Shown in pieces: positions 24,361 to 32,830 of a stretch of DNA of 41,598 bases. The DNA comes from Christensenella sp. UBA941 (lineage in GTDB: Bacteria > Bacillota > Clostridia > Christensenellales > UBA941). Position 1 is the stretch's first letter. Each line of letters starts with the position of its first letter. The translations under genes were made by a program, and so were the position numbers. The stretch covers positions 1 through 41,598 of the forward strand of contig DBDD01000334.1 in NCBI GenBank assembly GCA_002293365.1. Direction: 5' to 3'. Below the pieces are notes generated by a model that had not been told where the DNA came from, did not search any database, and saw only the letters and a list, made by a program, of their open reading frames with translations.

Positions 24361-26040
24361 CTAAATACCCATCGCGGCCCGCGACATGACGGTAACTTTG
24401 TTCGTTCCGACGCCCCTTATCATATCCGTAACAATCGCCAGAGAATCGGGTGCGTCGTCGTTCTTGTTCTTACCCTTAATCTTGAAAGCGAAAACATTCT
24501 GCATGAATGTCTGGTATTCCTTACTCCGCTTGCCGTTCTCCAAGAAGTAAAACTCGCGGATTTCGGAGGCGCGGTCAACAATTCTGACCTCTTTCGCCGC
24601 GTCGTTCGGAGCGGCCTTATTTGTGATGTTTAGGCGGTATCCCTCCGTTTTTAGCTTTTCTTCAATCCAATCCTTATAATCAGCCGTCATTTTATTGGCC
24701 TCAAAGTGAGCGGCCTGTATGCCGTATTTCTTTATCTTCTCGACAATCAGCGGGCGCGTAATGTTCTTTTCCGCATCGCTGTAAACTACGTCATGGACGT
24801 AAACCGTGCCGTCATAATCAAAGCATATCGGAGCGGCCACAAAATCCCCGCCGCCCCAGCTCGGATCGACCGCCATAAAAATCCGATTCGGCTCTCCCGG
24901 CGGCAACACGCCGTTGTAATATAGCATATCGTCGGGAATAAATAAGGCCCCGCTCCGCTCGATGGGTTGTCCCATATATTGTGCCAACCAGCTCGCCATA
25001 TCATTATTGCGCTCATATGAAGCGCGGCGTCGGTGAAAGTATATGGTCGAGTAACCTACGCCGTAATCGTAATCAAAATTGCTTTCGTCGTTCTTGTCGA
25101 GCGCCGGGATATTGATTACCTCGTATCTGTGGCCTACGAATTTATCATCATTTGCGAGTAAATCCATTCTAAGTCCAGCGGGGTCTGCCTCTGCCCAGCG
25201 AGTGCCTACCCATAGTATTTTAGCTTGCTCTTTTGCGCGCGGCATGAGATTGTTGTCAACTTTGAACCATGCGGAGGCCAATCTGTCGGGACTTAGAGCC
25301 TCCTCGATGCCGCCGATCAGGTCGTCCGCCACTAAGAGGCCATTGCAATCACAGGCTCCATTGAGGGTTCCGTAGAGTGAGCGGCATGTTAGAGACGGAT
25401 AACGTTTTTTGCGGTCAATGTTAAGCGTTTCATCCTTCGCGTTCGTCTGTACCAGCTTCGCCGTCGGAAAAACATCATGCCATCCATACGTTGCGGGGTC
25501 ATTGATTATCTCCAACACGCCGCTATAGAGCGCCGACGTTATTGTGTCGCTGTAGGCGCTATACAAGTTTGAGGCTTCGGGATTCCTGCCGATTATCCAC
25601 GTTATGAAAAACATGAGCGCCGTCGTCTTGCCAACTCTCGTTGGCATTGAGACGAACATTTCATCGAGCGTACCGTCAACAAAGCCTTGCAGGTTGTCGA
25701 TAACACGCTTCATAATCCTGCGCCGGGGCAGATAGAAACGCTCCGATGGTTTGCGGTTCCACTCTAAAAAGATCAAGTAATCCTCTAGGTTTTCTTTCGC
25801 CCCATACAAATACGTCCGCTTCACCAACCCATTAAGCCTATCCACCGCATCAAACGACAACTCGCCCCCCGCCTTAACCGCCCCCGTCGCCATCTTCCGC
25901 ACTTCCCTATTGAGTTCGCGGGCAACGGCAACATCGCTTTCAGCCAGCACATAATCGAACAAGATTTCGAGCGGCTTGGGGTCAAACGGATTGCGCTGGA
26001 TATGGCGTTTTAGGGTGGCGATTTCTTGGGCGGTGCTCAT
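24361..26040 (-). CDS. terL: terminase large subunit
   Basis: Walker-A-like PTRVGKTT, with typical length and nuclease-half features. Likely ATG at 26040 (ATGA overlap). The track ORF extends to 26061. Confidence 0.9.
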   Translation of the reverse strand: MSTAQEIATLKRHIQRNPFDPKPLEILFDYVLAESDVAVARELNREVRKMATGAVKAGGELSFDAVDRLNGLVKRTYLYGAKENLEDYLIFLEWNRKPSERFYLPRRRIMKRVIDNLQGFVDGTLDEMFVSMPTRVGKTTALMFFITWIIGRNPEASNLYSAYSDTITSALYSGVLEIINDPATYGWHDVFPTAKLVQTNAKDETLNIDRKKRYPSLTCRSLYGTLNGACDCNGLLVADDLIGGIEEALSPDRLASAWFKVDNNLMPRAKEQAKILWVGTRWAEADPAGLRMDLLANDDKFVGHRYEVINIPALDKNDESNFDYDYGVGYSTIYFHRRRASYERNNDMASWLAQYMGQPIERSGALFIPDDMLYYNGVLPPGEPNRIFMAVDPSWGGGDFVAAPICFDYDGTVYVHDVVYSDAEKNITRPLIVEKIKKYGIQAAHFEANKMTADYKDWIEEKLKTEGYRLNITNKAAPNDAAKEVRIVDRASEIREFYFLENGKRSKEYQTFMQNVFAFKIKGKNKNDDAPDSLAIVTDMIRGVGTNKVTVMSRAAMGI

Positions 26041-26219
26041 GCTTGCGTTCTCCGATTCCAAGCGCTTTCCGGGTCAATGCCGCCGCTGTCCGTAAATCCC
26101 GCGAACGTCACAACCGCGCCGCACTCGACGTTTAGGCAGCATACACCTACAATATCGTCGGTTTCTCGCAATTCAGCCTCGCTCCCACAAAACGGGCAAG
26201 GCTTTAGCTCTACGCTCAT
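26037..26219 (-). CDS. Lar-family (restriction alleviation-like) zinc-ribbon protein
   Basis: MSVELKPCPFCGSEAEL...CLNVECGAVV...ESAWNRR. ATGA overlaps at both ends. The track ORF 26037..26432 is over-extended. Confidence 0.65.
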   Translation of the reverse strand: MSVELKPCPFCGSEAELRETDDIVGVCCLNVECGAVVTFAGFTDSGGIDPESAWNRRTQA

Positions 26220-26617
26220 GCCCGTACCCTCCGATTCCAAGCGTCCACGGCGCCGTCCTCGCTTCCGTACAACGCGCCCGTATTCGCCTTGCACTTTTCG
26301 CACATGACGTACCATTGCGGCTCGTCTAAGGCCAGCAGATTCCCGTATCTGCCTGTGTGCGCCGTGCCGCCGCAGAACGGACACGCCAAAAGGCCAGATT
26401 CGCCTTGCGGCCCCGGTTCGCCCTCTGGACAACCGTTACCGAGCGGTACGATTTTAGACTCTCTCCGTCCGTCTGGCGGTTCGCGCTTCGATGCCAGCGG
26501 GGCGAGACAGCAATCCGCGCAACCCGGCACACGCCCCATGCAGCCGCCGGTACGACTATATGCGCCGAACGGACAGCTGCCGCAACCGGCGGGCAATTCA
26601 TCAACAAATATCTTCAT
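26216..26617 (-). CDS. Cys-rich protein with C-terminal Lar-like domain
   Basis: ACPFCGGTAHTG...VMCEKCKANTG...AVDAWNRR. ATGA overlap with the sigma gene stop. Confidence 0.6.
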   Translation of the reverse strand: MKIFVDELPAGCGSCPFGAYSRTGGCMGRVPGCADCCLAPLASKREPPDGRRESKIVPLGNGCPEGEPGPQGESGLLACPFCGGTAHTGRYGNLLALDEPQWYVMCEKCKANTGALYGSEDGAVDAWNRRVRA

Positions 26618-27183
26618 GCTGTTTTCTCTCGCTCCTTGTCGATTTCGTATTTCTTGCGGATTTTATGGATAATATGATTTATATTGGCGCGGGTACAGCC
26701 TCGAATCTTCGCAATATCCTTTTGCGGTAAGCCAGACAGCGCCATCATCAAGATTTGTTTTTCAGTATTGGTAAGGCGAGCGAAAAGCGAATCGTAGCAA
26801 GCGCCGAGAACATCGCTCTCAACGTCTACGTCCGCAACAAGCGTATCGGCAAGGGTCATGTCGCCCGATTCGCCTACTGGCGCGTCAAGGCTTGACAATT
26901 GCTTGTAGAAGAATGTACTGCCGCACTTTAGCGGCTTGATTAACGCATTCCCTTTGCACTGATACGTCCTAACATGTCCGTCGATGTACGATACGGCAAA
27001 TGACGAAAACGCCGCTCCGTTCTCTGTGTCGAATCTGTCTATAGCAAGAATCAGCCCAACGCAACCAGCTTGAAATAAATCGTCATCATGAGCGCCATAA
27101 TTAAGCTGCATCACTCTGGATGATACGAGCGGTATATTCGATTCGATAAACGCCGCTCTATCGGCTGGCGAGTTAAACGTCAT
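26614..27183 (-). CDS. sigma-70 family RNA polymerase sigma factor (phage-encoded)
   Basis: Region 2-like DDLFQAGCVGLILAIDRFD...FSSFAVSYIDGHV. Region 4 HTH is EKQILMMALSGLPQKDIAKIRGCTRANINHIIHKIRKK. Confidence 0.8.
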   Translation of the reverse strand: MTFNSPADRAAFIESNIPLVSSRVMQLNYGAHDDDLFQAGCVGLILAIDRFDTENGAAFSSFAVSYIDGHVRTYQCKGNALIKPLKCGSTFFYKQLSSLDAPVGESGDMTLADTLVADVDVESDVLGACYDSLFARLTNTEKQILMMALSGLPQKDIAKIRGCTRANINHIIHKIRKKYEIDKEREKTA

Positions 27184-27340
27184 TCGCTTTTCGCTCCACC
27201 TGTATTAACGATTTCAACTTCCTCCGCGCATACCGACGCACAATTCGCTTTTCAGTATGTCGGCCACGGCTCCGATAGACTTTGCGGTTCAAGTCCATGC
27301 CCGTCGCCAGCACTATGCCAGTTCGCCTAAAAGCGTCCAT
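27173..27340 (-). CDS. small basic protein (55 aa)
   Basis: ATG at 27340 after GACGGAGG. MDAFRRTGIVLATGMDLNRKVYRSRGRHTEKRIVRRYARRKLK... Confidence 0.45.
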   Translation of the reverse strand: MDAFRRTGIVLATGMDLNRKVYRSRGRHTEKRIVRRYARRKLKSLIQVERKANDV

Positions 27341-27341
27341 A

Positions 27342-27575
27342 CTAAGCCTCCGTCGCTCCCATCCCGATAAAATCAGCCAGCCCGATACTGCCATCATCGC
27401 AACCGTGCGATGCGTAAAATGGCGGCTTCACTCCGCTATTGTGCGGCCATAATGAAGCGTCGAAATTCTGATGAAACACGCAGTCTCGCGCAATATCGGC
27501 ATTAGCCGTTTGCTGATCGATCAATACACCGCCGCAAATACGGCATTTATAAGCCGCATTATATATCACGTTCAT
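27342..27575 (-). CDS. Cys-containing hypothetical protein
   Basis: Likely ATG at 27575 (ATGA overlap). Contains CRICGG. Confidence 0.5.
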   Translation of the reverse strand: MNVIYNAAYKCRICGGVLIDQQTANADIARDCVFHQNFDASLWPHNSGVKPPFYASHGCDDGSIGLADFIGMGATEA

Positions 27576-27730
27576 ACCATCGCCGCCCCTTTCAACACAG
27601 TCCAAAACAGCATAAGCCATATAAACAGCGGCAACATGCCCAACATGGCCTCTGGTATTTTGAAAATTTCATCGCCCAATTCGTCCCATGCCTTTTGCAA
27701 TTTCTCGCGGTCGGAATCGCTAATAAACAT
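27572..27730 (-). CDS. small membrane peptide (52 aa)
   Basis: Below the ORF-track cutoff. ATG after GGGAGGAA. C-terminal hydrophobic segment LGMLPLFIWLMLFWTVL. Confidence 0.4.
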   Translation of the reverse strand: MFISDSDREKLQKAWDELGDEIFKIPEAMLGMLPLFIWLMLFWTVLKGAAMV

Positions 27731-27878
27731 CGTGTTTTCGTTCCTCCCTCTCCCGCCTCATCTCCCGTATCGCCTCGCCCAATTCCTGCGCCGAATCGTC
27801 CAGAATCGCCAGCAGCGCGTTTGTCGCGGATTTCGGCAGCATGACGAATAGTAGGCGGGCCATTGCGCTAACCTTCAT
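27720..27878 (-). CDS. small hypothetical protein (52 aa)
   Basis: Below the ORF-track cutoff. Fills the gap in the gene train. MKVSAMARLLFVMLPKSATNALLAILDDSAQELGEAIREMRRERE... Confidence 0.4.
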   Translation of the reverse strand: MKVSAMARLLFVMLPKSATNALLAILDDSAQELGEAIREMRREREERKHDVY

Positions 27879-28125
27879 GACGTTTACGCCTCTTACGAAC
27901 CGCCCGCACGATATCTATGGCCGTCCAGACTGCCGCCAGAAGCATTACAGATGCAGCAAGCCAACCCGGACGATAGCTAGGGATAAACGATTTGACAACA
28001 AGGATGATAGTAAGCCAGCCCAACCCCGCCAAGCCAAGCGCCGCCACAGCAAGGCTGAAATTGCCTAGATTGCGCCAAAACAACTTCGCGATGGATATTG
28101 CTGTTTCTTTGTCGATTTTTAGCAT
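27868..28125 (-). CDS. small membrane protein (two predicted TM segments)
   Basis: 85 aa with hydrophobic runs FSLAVAALGLAGLGWLTIILVV and LAASVMLLAAVWTAI. Confidence 0.6.
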   Translation of the reverse strand: MLKIDKETAISIAKLFWRNLGNFSLAVAALGLAGLGWLTIILVVKSFIPSYRPGWLAASVMLLAAVWTAIDIVRAVRKRRKRHEG

Positions 28126-28150
28126 GATTACCTCTTTCGCGCCTCCGCGC

Positions 28151-28615
28151 TCAAAACGTGCTGTAATTGATTTCGATGTTCTCGCGCATCAGGTCGTGTG
28201 CCAGATTGCGCGTGAAAGCGCCCAAATCTACAAAATCATCGTCCTCTGGCACTGCTGCCGAATATCTGGACGTAAAGCAGTATTTTGGCCGGTCGTCGCT
28301 ATCGACCGTAACGCCAGCGTCAAACTCACTTTTGGACAGGTTCATTTCCTGTATTTCGGGAATCGGCGTGATGTTCTCTTTCAACCACGTCATAAGCTCG
28401 TCGTATGTATCGAACTGCCGTAAGTAAAAGTCACTTGTAACCCGCTCAAAATCCCGCTTGTAGAGCGCGGTGACTTTTTCGACAATCGCGTCAATCTTGC
28501 GGGGCAGCGTCGGGTACGTTTTGCACTTTATGGCCTCGTAAATGACATTCGCGACGAGCGAAGCGCCGTTGACCATGTAGTTCGTCAACTGTAAATCCGA
28601 TTTTGTTAAAGACAT
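28151..28615 (-). CDS. hypothetical protein
   Basis: 154-aa ORF with RBS GGAGG. Confidence 0.65.
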   Translation of the reverse strand: MSLTKSDLQLTNYMVNGASLVANVIYEAIKCKTYPTLPRKIDAIVEKVTALYKRDFERVTSDFYLRQFDTYDELMTWLKENITPIPEIQEMNLSKSEFDAGVTVDSDDRPKYCFTSRYSAAVPEDDDFVDLGAFTRNLAHDLMRENIEINYSTF

Positions 28616-28637
28616 AATGAACCTCCATGTTTATTTG

Positions 28638-28883
28638 TTATTTCGCGCGCGGCAACGACGCAACGTCGCCGCGATAAACCTTGTGGCCGTTTAGGTGAAA
28701 CGTGCTGGCCTCGTTTATGAATTGCGCCCCGCCAACCTCTGCCTTGATACATAGGCCACTTCCCAACTGCACCATTTCAAACTGCAACACGTCATATGTA
28801 TTACGCAGCCAATTAAGCCAGCGCATCGCCGCATCGTTCGCGATGGATTCAGCGGACACTATTGTTGTCACCATATCACACAT
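28638..28883 (-). CDS. hypothetical protein
   Basis: Track ORF is 28638..28922. An internal ATG fits the gene spacing better. Confidence 0.5.
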   Translation of the reverse strand: MCDMVTTIVSAESIANDAAMRWLNWLRNTYDVLQFEMVQLGSGLCIKAEVGGAQFINEASTFHLNGHKVYRGDVASLPRAK

Positions 28884-29139
28884 CGCTTTTCTCCCCTCTA
28901 AGCGCGTACAAATCCTGCCCACACATCACTCTTAAATTCTGCGCCCATCGCCAAAACCGGCACCCGCACCAGCACAGCGCATGGCCAATCTTCTCAAACA
29001 CCACCGAGAGCGCCCACGTTGCTTTGCTAGGCGGTTTTGCGTGTGGGTCGTAACCCAACTGCTCTAGGGTCTTATCGAGCTGATACGCTTTTTCTTGCGG
29101 CGATACGCATGGTACGTCTTTAAAAGTGTCTGGAAACAT
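28876..29139 (-). CDS. hypothetical protein
   Basis: 87-aa ORF in the gene train. Confidence 0.55.
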   Translation of the reverse strand: MFPDTFKDVPCVSPQEKAYQLDKTLEQLGYDPHAKPPSKATWALSVVFEKIGHALCWCGCRFWRWAQNLRVMCGQDLYALRGEKSDV

Positions 29140-29164
29140 AATCTCTCCTTCCAGCCTTGCGGCG

Positions 29165-29578
29165 CTAGAAATTCTTAAACCAACTATGGTCTAGTCCATA
29201 CCGTGCCATTATCAGCGTCTTTGCCATCTGTTCGATAAGCACATGCTGATTGTTGCAATACAGGCAGTTTTGCGGGTTCAATTCCAAATCAAAATCGTAA
29301 ATGATTTTTAGATGCAGCAGCTCGTGAACAAGCGTCTTTTCGTGAGACACCTTCGCGATTCTGTCGGCGGGAGGGTTTCGCAAAATGCGTATCATGCTAG
29401 TACGATTGACGTATTGCCATATGTTTTCGCCCGCGCTATCCGGGGTTTGAATTTCGTCTACATCGCACAGTTCGGCCTTTATAATCCAGTTTTCAAGGAA
29501 TAACAACCGTTGCCAGTAAGCAAGGCAAGCGTCCAATTCTTCCTGCGTCTTAAATTCGATGATGGGTTCACTACTCAT
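29165..29578 (-). CDS. putative phage metallopeptidase-like protein (HExxH), paralogue B
   Basis: LVHELLHLKI, WQRLLFLENWIIKAEL and C-terminal SWFKN are shared with 29571..30065. Confidence 0.6.
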   Translation of the reverse strand: MSSEPIIEFKTQEELDACLAYWQRLLFLENWIIKAELCDVDEIQTPDSAGENIWQYVNRTSMIRILRNPPADRIAKVSHEKTLVHELLHLKIIYDFDLELNPQNCLYCNNQHVLIEQMAKTLIMARYGLDHSWFKNF

Positions 29579-30065
29579 TGCGCACCTCCGCAGGATTCTT
29601 AAACCATGAAAACGGCAAGCTGTAACGAATCATGATGATGGATTTTGACATCTTCTCGACCAATTGCTCTTGCCCCGGTTCGCAGCCGATTTGTAGATGG
29701 AGCAATTCGTGAACAAGAAATTGCTCCACACAGTATCTAGTGATTCGCTGGCTCCACGTTTCCGGGTAATTGTGATATTTCGCGTTTATTGTGATTTCCG
29801 CTCGGTTCAAGGCGGGTTCGGGACAAATGGACGCCGCCACGCCATCCTCCGCATCTTTCACTTGGGCGCGGATAATCCAATCTTCGAGAAAAAGTAATCG
29901 CTGATAATCCGCGAGATAGGCGTTTAGTTCGCCCTGATCTGCGAATGTGATTTTGGGTTCGGGCTGTTTGCGCGGTATTATCTTCACGTCTATACCCGCC
30001 GGAACCGTTATTATCGGGCTGTTTAGGTCGATGGTTATAACCTCGTTTGTCGTTTGTTTGCCCAT
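29571..30065 (-). CDS. putative phage metallopeptidase-like protein (HExxH), paralogue A
   Basis: LVHELLHLQI, YQRLLFLEDWIIRAQV and C-terminal SWFKN. Confidence 0.6.
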   Translation of the reverse strand: MGKQTTNEVITIDLNSPIITVPAGIDVKIIPRKQPEPKITFADQGELNAYLADYQRLLFLEDWIIRAQVKDAEDGVAASICPEPALNRAEITINAKYHNYPETWSQRITRYCVEQFLVHELLHLQIGCEPGQEQLVEKMSKSIIMIRYSLPFSWFKNPAEVRNE

Positions 30066-30069
30066 ACCC

Positions 30070-30243
30070 TCAACACTCCACCGTCAATCTCGCGCCGACC
30101 ATTCGGCAATACTTCTTCGCGGCCCGTAACGCCTCTGCCCTGTCCTTATTGTCAACGCCGGAACCAAACACGCCGACGTGCGGAAAGCCGGTCATGTGAA
30201 GGGTGTAAATACCGTTTTTGCAAACGAGTGTGTAGCCTTTCAT
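30070..30243 (-). CDS. small hypothetical protein
   Basis: ATG at 30243 (ATGA overlap). The track ORF extends to 30321. Confidence 0.45.
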   Translation of the reverse strand: MKGYTLVCKNGIYTLHMTGFPHVGVFGSGVDNKDRAEALRAAKKYCRMVGARLTVEC

Positions 30244-30692
30244 GATTGCGCCCTCTCTGTCGACGGCGACGGCAGTGCCATCCAATGAGTAACACGCTCG
30301 AAACACGAACTCCAACGCCATTCGTTCAACGGCTCATGATTCGCGTCGAGCTGTTTTATGCCGCACGGATAGATTATTAGGCGGTTGACTTGGCTAACGA
30401 ACGGCTTCTCGCTGTCGTGCTCGGAATACCCGCAAGCCAGAACGCTCGTAAACTTCATGCGCGAATCTTCGTGAAAGTATAGCGTGTTATCGTTTTCGGG
30501 CAAACGTTCATCAACACTAATCCAGCCCAGCGCCCGCCGATTCCATTTCTCTATGGCCGCTTCTTCGCTATCTTCCCACGGACCGATAGCCGCACATTGC
30601 CCGTTATCGCATACTACGGCCCATTGTTCGCAACCCGACGCCTCGGTCGGCGTGGCGCTGCTTTTGCAGAACGGACATGGTATCGCTTTCAT
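30240..30692 (-). CDS. Lar-like zinc ribbon fused to a DUF551-like domain
   Basis: MKAIPCPFCKSS...VVCDNGQCAA...AIEKWNRR, then WISVDERLPE...THWMALPSP. ATGA overlap at 30689-30692. Confidence 0.7.
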   Translation of the reverse strand: MKAIPCPFCKSSATPTEASGCEQWAVVCDNGQCAAIGPWEDSEEAAIEKWNRRALGWISVDERLPENDNTLYFHEDSRMKFTSVLACGYSEHDSEKPFVSQVNRLIIYPCGIKQLDANHEPLNEWRWSSCFERVTHWMALPSPSTERAQS

Positions 30693-30940
30693 CCCGCGAC
30701 CTCCTGTTCTTCCTGCATGAATACCTTCCATACGGCGCAATTAGCCTGATTGAAACTCATTCCGTATTTCAACTCATTCTCTGTTTCGCGCAGGAGCTTG
30801 CGGGCAAGCTTATTCTGTGCGCAAAGATCACTGTACGGGTCGAACGACGGCGACTTGATTACGCAATCCTTGAATCGGTGCTTGTTTTGGCGTAGCTTTT
30901 CGGCAAACACCTCTATTGCCCTGTTGTATTCTTCGCTCAT
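30689..30940 (-). CDS. hypothetical protein
   Basis: 83-aa ORF with ATGA-type coupling. Confidence 0.6.
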   Translation of the reverse strand: MSEEYNRAIEVFAEKLRQNKHRFKDCVIKSPSFDPYSDLCAQNKLARKLLRETENELKYGMSFNQANCAVWKVFMQEEQEVAG

Positions 30941-31743
30941 GCGCTTGCCTCCATCGCTTTCCGTAGATCGTCCTTTAGGTAGTAATCTCGCTTATACAGC
31001 TTGCAAAGCCTTTCACACTCCCGCCCGAACGCCGCCCAGTCTATCGGCGGAAAGCCGTATTCGGTCGGCTGGTGGTAATTAAGTTTGCCGATTTTGAACG
31101 TGTCGATGTAATCGGCGCTTTTGATCAGGCTGTAAATGCCGCTGGGATTCAAGACGGGTTCGCACGAAACCCACGTCCTTATCCCTTCCCGATGCGCTCT
31201 TTCCAGAACCGCCAGCCGTTCGATTAGCGGCGCGGCGTTCGGCTCGACGCGCAATGGAGTACCCCACGTAGAGCAGTCGCCGGTATCGGTTATGCCAAAC
31301 CAATCGTTTTCATCCAACAAATCAAAATCGCGCTCAGCAATCTCGCCGCCCTTCGTCAATATCTGGACGTGCGAACCGGCCTCCTTGATGAGTTTGATAA
31401 CCTCGCGGGTGATTGATGTGTCGAAGCCGCGCGGATATGCGTCCACCGTGAAGCACAAGTGGATTAACGCGCCTTTGAGCGGTATTCTTTCGGGCGGTGA
31501 AAAATCCTTGACGGCTCCCTTTGTCGGCTCCTTGTACGACACGTAATCCTTTTCGAGCTGCGCCTTTAGCGCGTCCAGTAAACCGGCGCGTGGCTCCACC
31601 GTTCCGTTCCACGGTCTGCCGAATCGTGCGGCCATAGGGCGGGCATAGCAGTAGAGGCAATTGTGTGGGCATGAGTCATACAGGTTCAATGCCAATTTGC
31701 AATATTCGTTTGCTTTCCCTTTTGGAACGTATATTGTTTGCAT
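30937..31743 (-). CDS. radical SAM protein (SplB/COG1533-like)
   Basis: CPHNCLYCY is a CxxxCxxC cluster motif, about 25 aa from the N-terminus. RBS GGAGAAG. Confidence 0.8.
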   Translation of the reverse strand: MQTIYVPKGKANEYCKLALNLYDSCPHNCLYCYARPMAARFGRPWNGTVEPRAGLLDALKAQLEKDYVSYKEPTKGAVKDFSPPERIPLKGALIHLCFTVDAYPRGFDTSITREVIKLIKEAGSHVQILTKGGEIAERDFDLLDENDWFGITDTGDCSTWGTPLRVEPNAAPLIERLAVLERAHREGIRTWVSCEPVLNPSGIYSLIKSADYIDTFKIGKLNYHQPTEYGFPPIDWAAFGRECERLCKLYKRDYYLKDDLRKAMEASA

Positions 31744-31764
31744 TACTTCTTCTCCAAACTCACC

Positions 31765-31902
31765 TTAATATCGCCGCTCACCACGGCCTTTTATAAACGC
31801 CTCGATAACGTCGGCGGCATTAAGTGGCTTGCATTTTTCAGTGAACGCCGCCGCTATATCTTCGTCCACTACTGCACCTACGATTTTGAAACCGATGCTC
31901 AC
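31765..31902 (-). CDS. small hypothetical protein (45 aa)
   Basis: Below the ORF-track cutoff. GTG overlaps the upstream stop (GTGA). Fills the gap before the radical SAM gene. Confidence 0.35.
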   Translation of the reverse strand: MSIGFKIVGAVVDEDIAAAFTEKCKPLNAADVIEAFIKGRGERRY

Positions 31903-32522
31903 AGCGCGTCCTCCAAATCTTCATCATCCCTACGGATCTTCCGCTCGAACGCCGCCAAATCGAACGGAACGCCTTGCCGATCTGCCCGCCGTCGGTCTTG
32001 CAGTTCCAGCGTGTCCTCCCACTCTTTCCTGTCGAACCGATTTCGCCGCTTCAAATCAGCTTCCATCCGCGCAATTTGGCGGCGCAGCGATTCAACCGTG
32101 CTGGGAATATCGCTCCTAATCCGATCATCCGCATACCGATACAGCGACCGAATAAGCGACTTAATCAGCACCGATTCGTCCACAGCCAGTTCGCGGCGGC
32201 GCGGACGCTTTACCAAATCGCGCCCGACATAGACTCCGATATCGGCGGGTATTTCGTGCGCCACTTGCTCGTAAAGCTCTGGCGTAAACACAAAGTAGTT
32301 AAAGTGGCCGACGAACGACAACGCTGCTTTGGAGCGAAAGTCCGCGAGTGTGGCCTTGATTTCGTAGCAGCGCCAAACGCCCTTGCTGTCGTAGGTGAGA
32401 TAATCGACGCGCTCATGGCCGTAAAAGCCTATCGTGACCTCGAAGCAGCCGAACACGCCCATATGCTTACGGGTTGCGCGGAATATGTCGCGTTCGAGGG
32501 ATAGGGTGGTGGAGGATTTCAT
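31899..32522 (-). CDS. MmcB-like PD-(D/E)xK nuclease-fold protein with C-terminal charged coiled coil
   Basis: HERVDYLTYDSKGVWRCYEIKATLADFRS contains a D...E-x-K motif. Confidence 0.6.
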   Translation of the reverse strand: MKSSTTLSLERDIFRATRKHMGVFGCFEVTIGFYGHERVDYLTYDSKGVWRCYEIKATLADFRSKAALSFVGHFNYFVFTPELYEQVAHEIPADIGVYVGRDLVKRPRRRELAVDESVLIKSLIRSLYRYADDRIRSDIPSTVESLRRQIARMEADLKRRNRFDRKEWEDTLELQDRRRADRQGVPFDLAAFERKIRRDDEDLEDAL

Positions 32523-32529
32523 TGCGCCC

Positions 32530-32829
32530 CTACCTTATGCTACCGTTCATTTTCGCGGCAAACAAATCCTGTAGATGCTGTCGCGGGTCGGCTTTATATT
32601 GGCCTATCTTGGATTCAGCCTGTTCCATGAAATCGGTCAGCACCTTGATTTCCGGCAATTGCCGAACATAACCTTCGCAAGCCTGAACGTCAAGGTCGCC
32701 AATTATCCCTTTCTGCTTTAGCAGCTCGACGATTGTGCGATTCCTGATATAAACGTCCAGCAATAGCTTTTTGTCGGCAATCCTCTGCTGTGCCGAATCA
32801 AGGTCGTAATAATCGTTATTCGCAAACAT
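32530..32829 (-). CDS. hypothetical protein
   Basis: 99-aa ORF. Confidence 0.6.
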   Translation of the reverse strand: MFANNDYYDLDSAQQRIADKKLLLDVYIRNRTIVELLKQKGIIGDLDVQACEGYVRQLPEIKVLTDFMEQAESKIGQYKADPRQHLQDLFAAKMNGSIR

Positions 32830-32830
32830 G

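Noticed and set aside
24226-24633. 135-aa plus-strand ORF
   Set aside because: It mostly lies antisense to the 3' end of terL and runs through the plus-strand terminator. It has no RBS.
26026-26730. Plus-strand ORFs 26026..26307, 26289..26672, 26357..26677 and 26491..26730, and the extended minus-strand frames 26037..26432 and 26326..26607
   Set aside because: These are GC-rich shadow frames of the Lar-like genes. ATGA-coupled starts at 26219 and 26617 give compact, motif-bearing proteins instead.
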